In this document: piece after piece, positions 1 through 8,222 of the stretch
Layout: each line of letters starts with the position of its first letter
How positions within the stretch are numbered: the stretch's first letter is position 1
NCBI GenBank assembly: GCA_050251055.1
Contig: JBFWNL010000004.1
Location: 256,001-320,000, forward strand
From: Bacteriovoracia bacterium
GTDB taxonomy: Bacteria; Bdellovibrionota; UBA1018; JBFWNL01
Direction: 5' to 3'
DNA length: 64,000 nucleotides
The notes under the pieces: generated by a model
What the model was told of the DNA's origin: nothing
Seen by the model: only the letters and a program-made list of their open reading frames with translations
Database searches by the model: none
Translations under genes and position numbers: made by a program

Positions 1-1
1 A

Positions 2-184
2 GGGTCCGACGGTGGGTTTACCGACCAGGTCATCTACGACTTTAAGCTCAGCCATCCCGACTATAAGCTCCAATTCACGAAGACCACGGTTTTCAACCGC
101 GCTGGAACCACGAAGAAGTACGCAGCCAAACTCGACCACGGCGACGACACCGTCTACTTTAAATGCCATGTGGAAGAAAAATAA
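2..184 (+). CDS. 3' end of a hypothetical protein (truncated by window edge)
   Basis: Open frame from position 2 (GSDGGFTDQVIYDFKLSHPDYKLQF...YFKCHVEEK*) ending at TAA 182-184 and overlapping the start of the next gene. Confidence 0.55.
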   Translation, partial: GSDGGFTDQVIYDFKLSHPDYKLQFTKTTVFNRAGTTKKYAAKLDHGDDTVYFKCHVEEK

Positions 185-884
185 ACTCGTCCTAAGCTCG
201 ATCCTCCTGGGACTCCTGGTCTCGGGAGGATTTTTTTTGCTCGCGGCCGATCCCACCTCCGTATCTTTTCGTTCCTGGGAGTCCCAAACGACCGGTGGGC
301 ATCCGGTCTACAACGAGATCCGCTATTTTTTGGGATCCCGCCAAGATGTTTGGATGATGCGGCAAAGCCGCGCGGGCCTGAACCCACCCAAGTCCAGGTG
401 GGACCGCCTGGCCATCGTCGTCGATAAAACCACCCAACCCCCTACCGCGGAGTTTCGCCAGCTCCCTCCAGGGGAGTTAGCTTGGGATCCTTCCGTGAAA
501 GCGATCACGCCCCGGGTGAGCTGCCTCGTCTGCCATGTGAATGGTCCGCGGGCGATACGTCCCGACGCAAACGAGCTCCCGCTTTCCGTTTGGGATCAGG
601 GGCGGGTCCTGATCTGGAATCTACGAATCAAGGCGTACGGTCGGGTGCGGACCAAGACGGACGTCGCTCTCGACGCGCCCCTCGCCGGTCTCTCCACGCG
701 GAAGCTCGGCGTGAAAACCTGCAGGTACTGTCACCGGGAATCGCCCTGGGGAAGGGGAGAACTCACCGCGCGAAACCGGGGTACGATTGAGTTCATGGTG
801 AAAAATGGCCAAATGCCACCCTTGGGATTCTGGCTGGGGAGGGCGGACCAGCGGGAGCTAGACAAATTTCTCGCCGGCTTTTAG
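168..884 (+). CDS. Exported/membrane-anchored di-heme c-type cytochrome of unknown function
   Basis: ATG at 168 gives MWKKNKLVLSSILLGLLV (signal/anchor); two CxxCH motifs (CLVCH, CRYCH) and a distal GQMPP Met-ligand motif. Confidence 0.7.
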   Translation: MWKKNKLVLSSILLGLLVSGGFFLLAADPTSVSFRSWESQTTGGHPVYNEIRYFLGSRQDVWMMRQSRAGLNPPKSRWDRLAIVVDKTTQPPTAEFRQLPPGELAWDPSVKAITPRVSCLVCHVNGPRAIRPDANELPLSVWDQGRVLIWNLRIKAYGRVRTKTDVALDAPLAGLSTRKLGVKTCRYCHRESPWGRGELTARNRGTIEFMVKNGQMPPLGFWLGRADQRELDKFLAGF

Positions 885-1639
885 AACCGGCGTGTGGCCT
901 TGCCCTGAGCGACCCGTGGTTTCCTTGCCGCCCTAAAAAACGGGTAGTAAAGATCACTTTCGAGTGGAATCGTGAGTTCGGTACGAAAAAGTGGATCATC
1001 CTCCCTTAAAAAGACAAGATCCTCCATTTCAATACAAGCTAGGGGTCGGCTCTCGTTGGATTCGCCCATTCGGAGCGTGGCCGCCGCCGCCAAGGCATCG
1101 GCAACATTCACCGTGGTCATCTCCATCTTTCGCCCGAATAGATCAGGCTGACCTATGAAATCCCGCAGGCCCCGGAACCCCCAGTGCGCGAGGGAAACTC
1201 CGGTGACGCCTCGGCGCAAGGGCGTGGTGTGAGAGTCCGTGACCAAGATGCCAAGCTTCTCAAGACCCCACGCCCGCCTCAACCCTTTGCCCAATCTTTC
1301 CGCGCTGCGGAAAGGGTCTCGCGGATAGAGTATATAGTGACCGTGTTCGGAATTAGATTCATCGATGCCCGCCGTGGGAATAAAGAGACCGTGCTTGATC
1401 GTGAGGTAGCATCCATATCCCACCTCCCCGAAGTTATGATCCGCCTCTTGGTCCACCAGATCAGCTTTGTCGATGGAGGCCTTCGCGACCAAACGATTCT
1501 CCGCCAAGCTCATGATTTTTGAAGTCACGGCTAGCACCATTCCTTCGCGAATGAGTGGCTTGGGGACCTCGTCCAGAACGAACCGCGTGAGATCTTCCCC
1601 GGCCCGAAACACGCGCGTCTGAATCGGTTGAACATTCAT
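881..1639 (-). CDS. CofE-like gamma-glutamyl ligase (alternative folylpolyglutamate synthase, Chlamydia CT611/FolC2 type)
   Basis: Motifs VTSKIMSLAE, AGIDESN, VTDSHTTPLRRG, DLFGR, ADALAAAA..MGE; ATGA-coupled to folKP. Confidence 0.85.
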   Translation of the reverse strand: MNVQPIQTRVFRAGEDLTRFVLDEVPKPLIREGMVLAVTSKIMSLAENRLVAKASIDKADLVDQEADHNFGEVGYGCYLTIKHGLFIPTAGIDESNSEHGHYILYPRDPFRSAERLGKGLRRAWGLEKLGILVTDSHTTPLRRGVTGVSLAHWGFRGLRDFIGQPDLFGRKMEMTTVNVADALAAAATLRMGESNESRPLACIEMEDLVFLREDDPLFRTELTIPLESDLYYPFFRAARKPRVAQGKATRRF

Positions 1640-2889
1640 AACCATTCTCCTTGATAGCGACGAAAGTCGTGCACTCGTATGATGTCTACGCCGGTTCGGG
1701 CAAGCCGCCGAGACCAGCGGAAAGTCGCTTCATCTAGCGCAGGAATCGACATAACCTCGCCCTCGCGTAGGCACGACTTACGGGAATGCCCGACAAGTAG
1801 CCGAATTGGTAAATCGGATAGTTCTTCGAATCTTTGCAGGATCTCGAGCGACTGCGCCTGGGTTTTTCCAAATCCGATTCCGGGATCAAAAATCACCCGA
1901 TCCGCATCTATCCCGGCAGTCACTAAAAGCTCCATCTTCCGAAAAAACCATGACTTCAGCTCCGCGATGGGATCGACCTGACTTTGCCAGGTCAATTTTG
2001 GATCGGCCGGGACCGTAAGACTGTGCATGAGGATATACTGGGCGTGACACCCGGCCAGCACTTCGATCATGCGCGGGTCGGAAAGGCCCCCCACATCGTT
2101 GACGATGTCCGCGCCCATAGCCAAGGCCCGGTCAGCCGTGGATGCGTGGCGGGTATCCACGCTAATCCATGGGCGAATCGTTTGGCTTCGATAGAATTCC
2201 CGTAAATACGTGAGTACGGGTTCTAGCCGCGCCCACTCTTCTTCTATTTCAACTCGGAAAGCTCCCGGCCGGGTCGATTCCGCGCCCAGATCTAAGATCT
2301 GCACTCCCGCCGCATCTGCGGCCTGGACTCGCGCGACCCATTCGGCTTTCGTCGATAGCGCGCCACCATCCGAAAAAGAATCTGGTGTTAAATTGAATAT
2401 CGCCATCGTCAAAGGTCGATGGCCGGGTAAGGCCCTCGCGTGATTCACCACGGGCCAAGCGCAACCCGGGACGGTTAACCCGGGCGCGAGGTCTTTTAGG
2501 GGATCCAATACAAATGACCGCTCATGGATTCGGGCGTGCGGCACCTGTAATGTTTCGTCATGTATACGCTCCTGACCCAAGAGTAAGAGATCAAGATCGA
2601 TTTTTCGCGGAGACCAGCGCTCGGTTGAATCACGACCTAGCTCGCATTCGATGTGCTTTAAGCGATGCAGTAACAATTCCGCGGTCCCACTCCAATCCAA
2701 CTCGCATACTGCGTTCAAATAAGGCCGGTTCCAGTCGAATGGGGCCCCCGGCGGCAAGAGAGCAGGCGTTTCATAAACCGGAGACATCCGGATCGTTCCC
2801 GAAGAGATTTCGTGGAGTTTACGGACCGCAAGATCTAGATGCGCCCGACGATCCCCGAGGTTCGATCCCAAAGCGATGAAACACTTCAC
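1636..2889 (-). CDS. folKP: Bifunctional HPPK-dihydropteroate synthase (FolK-FolP fusion)
   Basis: FolK: ALGSNLGD, YLNAV, PRKIDLDLL, PHARIHERSFVL. FolP: NLTPDSFSDGG, GAESTRPG, DPGIGFGK, GHSRKS, RVHD. Confidence 0.95.
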   Translation of the reverse strand: MKCFIALGSNLGDRRAHLDLAVRKLHEISSGTIRMSPVYETPALLPPGAPFDWNRPYLNAVCELDWSGTAELLLHRLKHIECELGRDSTERWSPRKIDLDLLLLGQERIHDETLQVPHARIHERSFVLDPLKDLAPGLTVPGCAWPVVNHARALPGHRPLTMAIFNLTPDSFSDGGALSTKAEWVARVQAADAAGVQILDLGAESTRPGAFRVEIEEEWARLEPVLTYLREFYRSQTIRPWISVDTRHASTADRALAMGADIVNDVGGLSDPRMIEVLAGCHAQYILMHSLTVPADPKLTWQSQVDPIAELKSWFFRKMELLVTAGIDADRVIFDPGIGFGKTQAQSLEILQRFEELSDLPIRLLVGHSRKSCLREGEVMSIPALDEATFRWSRRLARTGVDIIRVHDFRRYQGEWL

Positions 2890-3260
2890 GGAAAATCTCC
2901 GGCCCGGTAAACCACCCCGCCTAGTAAGCCCGGCACTGGAGGATGAACCTTGTGAATCTCCACCACGACCTCGGCTCGTTCTTCGACGAATCTTCGAGTG
3001 GCGGCGAGAATATCCGTGCCTAGCCTTTCCACCAGCTGGTACTCCCGTTCCTGCGCCACCTGAGTGACGAGCTCACTTAATCGCGCGTAGCAAAGCGTAT
3101 CCGAGAGCCGATCGGTAACCGAACCCCGAGGAGCCCGCGGAAACCGAATTTCGATGCTCACCCGCACGGATTGGGGATGGGCGCGCTCTTCGGCCTGGCA
3201 ACCCAGGCGCACGGCAACCTCGAGTTCGCTTAAACGAAGCGAAGTGAAATCCGCCTCCAC
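2886..3260 (-). CDS. folB: Dihydroneopterin aldolase
   Basis: LGCQAEERAHPQ, TDRLSDTLCY, LVERL, IHKVHPP. GTG at 3260 overlaps the upstream TAG. Confidence 0.88.
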   Translation of the reverse strand: MEADFTSLRLSELEVAVRLGCQAEERAHPQSVRVSIEIRFPRAPRGSVTDRLSDTLCYARLSELVTQVAQEREYQLVERLGTDILAATRRFVEERAEVVVEIHKVHPPVPGLLGGVVYRAGDFP

Positions 3261-3907
3261 TATGCGGACCTTTGCCCCGGTGGTTCGTGGGCATCGGTCA
3301 AGAAGTCCCAAAGCGCTTGGCCCGCTTCATCGGCCGCTTCCTGCGCCTCACGGCGCTCATCCGCCGAGAAACCCTCGAGAATTTCCCCGAGCGCCTGCCG
3401 ATGGGCTACATCCGCGTGGCGGTGTACTTCAAAAAATGAAAGGGAACGTTCGTCGAGCAAACGAAAATGCCGCCGTAGCCCTTCGATCTTGGATGCCGCG
3501 ACCTCGGGCACCTGCGCCTCATATGCATAAATTGCCCCCAGGGCTTTAGGCAGCGACCCCTGCGTCAGCCGATAAAACGTCGAAACGACGTTTTGAATCG
3601 CATTGCGTTTACGGGCGCACATTACGACCTCCCGCGAACATCCCAAGCCTTCGGCGAAGCGCAACCAAAGCTCAGGATGCGCCACCCCATAGGTCGTACC
3701 GTTTTCTTCGGCTAAGTTCTCCTCCAATATCGCCCGTGTGTGGACATGCGGGCAGAGTTGAATGGCGCTTTTCAGGTACGACGGGAACGCTTCCACGTGG
3801 GCATAATACTGCTCGGCGTAATTTCGCAGCGTCTCCCACTTAAGCTTTCCTTCCATCCAATCTCGGTAAAACGGGTGCTGCAGCAACGGCTTTTCGATTC
3901 GTAGCAT
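3260..3907 (-). CDS. CADD/CT610-family heme-oxygenase-like dimetal protein (self-sacrificing p-aminobenzoate synthase)
   Basis: HPFY..W..G (sacrificial Tyr), ENLAEE, HPELW, YAYEAQVP..A.SKIEGL (Glu ligand and amine-donor Lys), FFEVH..AD..H; heads a folate operon. Confidence 0.9.
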   Translation of the reverse strand: MLRIEKPLLQHPFYRDWMEGKLKWETLRNYAEQYYAHVEAFPSYLKSAIQLCPHVHTRAILEENLAEENGTTYGVAHPELWLRFAEGLGCSREVVMCARKRNAIQNVVSTFYRLTQGSLPKALGAIYAYEAQVPEVAASKIEGLRRHFRLLDERSLSFFEVHRHADVAHRQALGEILEGFSADERREAQEAADEAGQALWDFLTDAHEPPGQRSA

Positions 3908-3943
3908 CAGGAATCCTCCTGACGCCGACTTTCCCGGATTTGC

Positions 3944-3963
3944 ATTGATAAGAAAATCTCAAT
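3944..3963. promoter_or_regulatory. Putative LysR binding site in the divergent CADD/LysR intergenic region
   Basis: ATTGATAAGAAAATCTCAAT: ATTGA/TCAAT dyad containing a T-N11-A core. Confidence 0.45.
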
Positions 3964-3982
3964 TCGCTAATCAGTTGGTTAA

Positions 3983-4876
3983 GTGAATCTAAACAACCTG
4001 GATTTCAATAAACTTGCCGTGTTCGCTCAAGTCGTGGAAGCAGGGAATTACCAACGGGCTTCCGAAACCTTGCATGTGACGCCATCCGCGATTAGCCAAA
4101 CGATCACCGCGCTCGAGCACTCTCTAGGAATCCCCCTTTTTTACCGCCTCGGGAAACGCCTGGTTCCCACCGAGCTCGGGCTTAAAATCCAGCGCGAATT
4201 TCAATCTCATCACACGGCCTTCACCCAGACCCTGACGCAAATCGCGGGCAAACAACTACGAGTGACGGGCAGAATCCAAGTCGGCGCCTATTTGGAATTC
4301 GCCAAGTTTCAACTCGCGCCGCTGCTGACGGATTTTCAGGGTAAACACTCCGACGTACAGATAAAGCTCACCTTCGATACGCCCAGCCGGCTGCATCGTT
4401 TGCTTGCTGCCGGGAAGCTCGACGTTTGCTTTTCGATTTACCCGGAACGCGACAGCCCCCTGATCCAATCTCAGGCGGTCTGCCACGAAGAGCTAGTGCT
4501 GGTGGCGCCGACGGGGATGCTAAAAGAAAAACCCACGTTTGATGCGGTGATGGCAGCCCCCATGATTGAGTACTACTTGAATCACCAGCCGATCCGTCGT
4601 TGGATCGCGCTTCATTACCGGAAGAAACCGCGGCACCTGCCGATCCGAACCTTCGCCGCCACGGCGGAAATGGTGCTAAGCCTAGTTCGCTCGGGAATGG
4701 GGATCGGAATCGTACCCGGATACCTTCTTACCGAAACGGCCGGCGTTTCCGTCATTCGGCCCAGCCATCGCAGATTAATGGATCACATTTGGATGCTTCA
4801 GCTGAAATCCCAGCCCCGCTCCCTGGCGGTCGACCTGTTTACAAGGGAAGCCCACCGGAGACTGAATGGAAATTAG
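3983..4876 (+). CDS. LysR-family transcriptional regulator
   Basis: N-terminal HTH (ASETLHVTPSAISQTITALEHSLGIPLFYR), substrate-binding domain, 297 aa, divergent from the folate operon. Confidence 0.95.
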   Translation: MNLNNLDFNKLAVFAQVVEAGNYQRASETLHVTPSAISQTITALEHSLGIPLFYRLGKRLVPTELGLKIQREFQSHHTAFTQTLTQIAGKQLRVTGRIQVGAYLEFAKFQLAPLLTDFQGKHSDVQIKLTFDTPSRLHRLLAAGKLDVCFSIYPERDSPLIQSQAVCHEELVLVAPTGMLKEKPTFDAVMAAPMIEYYLNHQPIRRWIALHYRKKPRHLPIRTFAATAEMVLSLVRSGMGIGIVPGYLLTETAGVSVIRPSHRRLMDHIWMLQLKSQPRSLAVDLFTREAHRRLNGN

Positions 4877-5294
4877 AGTGATGTCCACCTCCTCCGAGCT
4901 GGATCAAGCCTATGGGCTTCTGAAGGATCTCCGACCGCAGCTGACCTTAGAAAATTTTCATTCGCTTTATCGGTCGGCAAAATCCAAGGATGACTACACG
5001 CTGGTGGGAGCATATCTCGAAGGCCAGTGGGCGGCGGTCATGGGATACCGAATCTTGTTCGACTTCGCGCATGGCAAGCATGTTTATGTAGATGATCTCA
5101 TCGTTGGCCCTGCTTTTCGCTCCCGGGGTGTCGGCGCTCGGCTACTCAAGTACGCGGAAAAGGTAGCGGGTGATTTCGGATGCCAAGGGCTTAGGCTCTG
5201 CGCCGGGGTCGAGAACACGGCCGGGCAGCGGTTTTATGCGCGTGAAGGCTGGAAAGGTCGGGCGATCGCTTTTAAGAAGACGTGTCAGCCCTGA
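4866..5294 (+). CDS. GNAT-family N-acetyltransferase
   Basis: VYVDDLIV...FRSRGVGARLL acetyl-CoA motif A; N..GQRFY..EGW. Confidence 0.9.
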   Translation: MEIRVMSTSSELDQAYGLLKDLRPQLTLENFHSLYRSAKSKDDYTLVGAYLEGQWAAVMGYRILFDFAHGKHVYVDDLIVGPAFRSRGVGARLLKYAEKVAGDFGCQGLRLCAGVENTAGQRFYAREGWKGRAIAFKKTCQP

Positions 5295-5440
5295 CACACC
5301 CAAAACCACCTTCCAGCACACGCCAGCACACATGAACACCGCCCTTTTTTCGATCCAAATGTAACCCCGACGAACGTTCGTGTAACTTCGTTCTTGTAGC
5401 AGGGGATTTTCAACTCAAACAAACCAAAAGAGGGCATAAC

Positions 5441-5713
5441 ATGAAGACCGTATCTAAATTTGTATTCGCCGTTGCCGTGATCCTGGCCGCTAACACCAAC
5501 TTCGCCAATGCCGCAAATAGCGGCGTAAGCACCACGCAAGCACTGGAATGCCTCAACCGTCTCATCGGTCGCCTCCAAGTCTGCGCCAACATTCCGCCCC
5601 AGGTGGATTACTTTAAAGAGTGCCCTCGCAACGCACAGGCTGATTACGATCGCTGCATGAAAGGCGAAGATAAGCTACCTGTCTTTTCTCAAGACGCGAT
5701 CTTCGTCGACTAA
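5441..5713 (+). CDS. Small secreted Cys-rich protein (CX10C-X12-CX10C)
   Basis: GAGGG RBS, Sec signal ending ANA, four Cys, followed by a terminator. Confidence 0.75.
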   Translation: MKTVSKFVFAVAVILAANTNFANAANSGVSTTQALECLNRLIGRLQVCANIPPQVDYFKECPRNAQADYDRCMKGEDKLPVFSQDAIFVD

Positions 5714-5732
5714 ATCGAAATTCAAGTCAGTG

Positions 5733-5764
5733 AAAGGGCCTCACTTCGTGGGGCCCTTTTTTTT
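5733..5764 (+). terminator. Rho-independent terminator
   Basis: AAAGGGCCTCAC-TTC-GTGGGGCCCTTT hairpin followed by a T run. Confidence 0.85.
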
Positions 5765-5784
5765 AACAAACCACAGGGGCAAAA

Positions 5785-6129
5785 ATGAAAAAACTATACC
5801 AATCGGTAATCGTAGGGGTGTTTCTTGCGTCGGCGACACTGCCGACGGCCAGCGCGAAAACCAATTCCGAACTCATCAACCTGATCAACCGCCAGGTTGT
5901 GGAGTTAGTGACTTCGAATCCGGAAAACTTCGCGGCTTATGCGCAACTGTCTCCCGAGCATCGGTTTGCGCTAGGTGCCGCCATCGGCAAGCGCCTGGCG
6001 AAATGCTATTCCGTTCGTCATCGCCTTTGCACGATCCAAGAGGCCGTGCAGATTCCAGAAATTACTTCGGACATGAAGCCATTCTTAAAAGAATTCGAGC
6101 GACTCACCCGTAAGGTCGTGGGTAACTAA
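5785..6129 (+). CDS. Secreted hypothetical protein
   Basis: AGGGG RBS, signal peptide MKKLYQSVIVGVFLASATLPTASA, CX7C pair. Confidence 0.75.
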   Translation: MKKLYQSVIVGVFLASATLPTASAKTNSELINLINRQVVELVTSNPENFAAYAQLSPEHRFALGAAIGKRLAKCYSVRHRLCTIQEAVQIPEITSDMKPFLKEFERLTRKVVGN

Positions 6130-6139
6130 GGAGAAGACT

Positions 6140-6670
6140 ATGAAGACGACTTTAAAGAAACTAACGCGTTTCGCATTGATCATCACGTTGCCACTTTATC
6201 TGGCCCAAACTCCGACCAGTCAGGCGGTTACCTCGATTCCTGGGCTGGCCGGAGCGATCGGCATTCGATTCGGAATCAATACCGTCGGCTTGAGTGAAGC
6301 CCAGTATCTGATGTGGCTCATGGCGGGGTCTCCCGGTCTCTATGTCACGCTTCACGGCGTCGCGGTCACCGAAATCGCGGCGCTCGGTGGAGGTGCGGTA
6401 GCTATCGCGGCGGCCGAAATTGCCGCGGCAGCGGCCATCGGATTCGCGGCCGGAGCCGGGATCTACATGCTCGCCACCGGCGACGATCTGGACACCACGC
6501 TTCACAATATGGCGGAAGGCCTGGACGTGATCGGCGACAGCATCGTCTCGGCGGCACAAACGGTGGGCGGATGGATCAGTGGGCTTTTTGGGTACTGGCG
6601 TCCCGCGCGTCCAGGACTTGCCCAACTACTTGCCGGCGAAGTGAACTATCGCTTTCCGGTTGTGACTTAA
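6140..6670 (+). CDS. Secreted Gly/Ala-rich membrane-inserting hypothetical protein
   Basis: AAGGAG RBS; signal peptide; long hydrophobic Gly/Ala segment and amphipathic C-terminal helix. Confidence 0.75.
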   Translation: MKTTLKKLTRFALIITLPLYLAQTPTSQAVTSIPGLAGAIGIRFGINTVGLSEAQYLMWLMAGSPGLYVTLHGVAVTEIAALGGGAVAIAAAEIAAAAAIGFAAGAGIYMLATGDDLDTTLHNMAEGLDVIGDSIVSAAQTVGGWISGLFGYWRPARPGLAQLLAGEVNYRFPVVT

Positions 6671-6682
6671 GGGGATTCGAAA

Positions 6683-7618
6683 ATGAAAACTCTAAAGCCA
6701 CTTTTATTTATTGCGGCTTTGCTGACGGTCGTCGCGCCCCAGGGCTTCACCTGGGCCGCGACGGCCCAAGGCGATGGTTGTAGCAAAACCGACAAGGAGC
6801 TCTGGGATCAGTTTTTGACTGATTTTGACGGGACCAACTCGGTGGGATTCGATAACTTCACCGATCACGGTGTGTGCTGGGGGATGGCGAAGTTCCAACT
6901 TTTAGCGAGTACCTTGGCTCGTTTCGACCCGAACTCACCCGTTCCGACGGACCCGAAGGAAGTGAAAAAACTGGTTCACGATATGACGTTGGGCCAGTAC
7001 GTCTACAATGGCTATATCTCGAGCCAAGTCACCACGTTTCCCGGCGTTTCCAACGTGGAGGAACTGACCAATAGCCCAGTCTACGGGCCAGTGATCCACG
7101 ATGTTATTGAAGCGATGTGGCAAGGCGCATTCATCAATCCACGCAATCTAGGCCAGGTCGGCGTAAATAGCCCCTCCGGGAATTTGTCGGTCATAGAAGA
7201 GATGGAAGGCTATCTCTCCCAGGGAATCAAACCCTTGCTTCAACTGCAGTTCAGCGTGGGGAATCAACACATCGTTATCGCCACCGAAGTGAAGCGAAAC
7301 CCGGACGGAAGCATTATCGTCGTAACCAAGGACAACAACTACAACACCTCCGGTAATCCGCCGAACTCCACGAAATCGGAATTCAAGTACGATTCGACCG
7401 GAAAACCGATCTACGATGGCGACCCGTCGGATCCAAATAATATCAACGGCAACAGCAGCTATTGTTCGAGTAAAAGTAAGTGCGGTCTGCGTAACCCATC
7501 CTTGAGTGACACCTTCTACCGTACGATCACGAAGGCGTTGCGCAAAGAATGCGCGGAAAAAGAACGCGAAGCCAAGGAACAAAAGAAAAACGCGGCCCCC
7601 GCCACGGCTCAAAACTAA
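6683..7618 (+). CDS. Secreted protein with a putative papain-like Cys-His-Asp triad
   Basis: AAGGGG RBS; signal peptide; F.N..GVCWGM, QHIVIA, TKDNNY motifs in papain-fold order. Confidence 0.7.
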   Translation: MKTLKPLLFIAALLTVVAPQGFTWAATAQGDGCSKTDKELWDQFLTDFDGTNSVGFDNFTDHGVCWGMAKFQLLASTLARFDPNSPVPTDPKEVKKLVHDMTLGQYVYNGYISSQVTTFPGVSNVEELTNSPVYGPVIHDVIEAMWQGAFINPRNLGQVGVNSPSGNLSVIEEMEGYLSQGIKPLLQLQFSVGNQHIVIATEVKRNPDGSIIVVTKDNNYNTSGNPPNSTKSEFKYDSTGKPIYDGDPSDPNNINGNSSYCSSKSKCGLRNPSLSDTFYRTITKALRKECAEKEREAKEQKKNAAPATAQN

Positions 7619-7633
7619 AAAAGGGAACGAACC

Positions 7634-8176
7634 ATGAAAAAACGACTATTCAGCTTCGCAGTCTTAGCCGCGATGGCGACTACGGCCATGGCCACCGCTC
7701 AAGCAAAAGAAGAAGGCATGTTCGAAGGAAACCCGTATGCTCCGGCCCTCCGGCATGTGGTCGACGAAGACTATCCTGCCGCCCTCAGCGTATTGGATCA
7801 AATTCAACAGGCGTCACCCGACATCGCGGGCGCTGACCTTCTCCGGGGGATGATCCTCGCGCGCATGGGGAAAGAGCAAGCCGAACCCGCGCTGGAAGCC
7901 CTCCGCAATGTACCCTCGAAGCAAGTGACTCCAGTCGTGATTGCCGCGCGCGCGCGTCAAGGCCGGGAGCTGGAGCGGATGCAGCCCGACCCAGTACTAA
8001 GGCAAGAAATCACGTCCGACTACCTTTCCCTCACCAAACAGTCGGAAGCACCTTCCAGGGATTTGCTCACCAGCAGCGTGGAATGGGCAAACCGGGTTTC
8101 CGAACCTACGCTTAGACAAAGTGCCTGCGCCCGGGCAGCGAAGCTGCGGTACGTGATTTCAGGTTGTGGTCGTTAA
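7634..8176 (+). CDS. Secreted helical-repeat (TPR-like) protein
   Basis: Signal peptide ending AQA; DYPAALSVLDQIQQASPDIAGADLLRGMILARMGK..AL is TPR-like. Confidence 0.7.
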   Translation: MKKRLFSFAVLAAMATTAMATAQAKEEGMFEGNPYAPALRHVVDEDYPAALSVLDQIQQASPDIAGADLLRGMILARMGKEQAEPALEALRNVPSKQVTPVVIAARARQGRELERMQPDPVLRQEITSDYLSLTKQSEAPSRDLLTSSVEWANRVSEPTLRQSACARAAKLRYVISGCGR

Positions 8177-8181
8177 GAAGT

Positions 8182-8216
8182 AAAAGCGGTCCTGGCAAAA
8201 AGCCGGGGCCGCTTTT
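8182..8216. terminator. Bidirectional rho-independent terminator
   Basis: AAAAGCGGTCCTGGC-AAAAA-GCCGGGGCCGCTTTT between convergent genes. Confidence 0.85.
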
Positions 8217-8222
8217 GCGGGC

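Noticed and set aside
12-167. N-terminal extension of the 290-aa ORF
   Set aside because: Ser/Thr-rich read-through overlapping another coding frame; ATG 168 gives a clean signal peptide
5314-5335. Short CCAGCACAC tandem repeat
   Set aside because: Only two copies; no spacer array or cas genes, so not CRISPR
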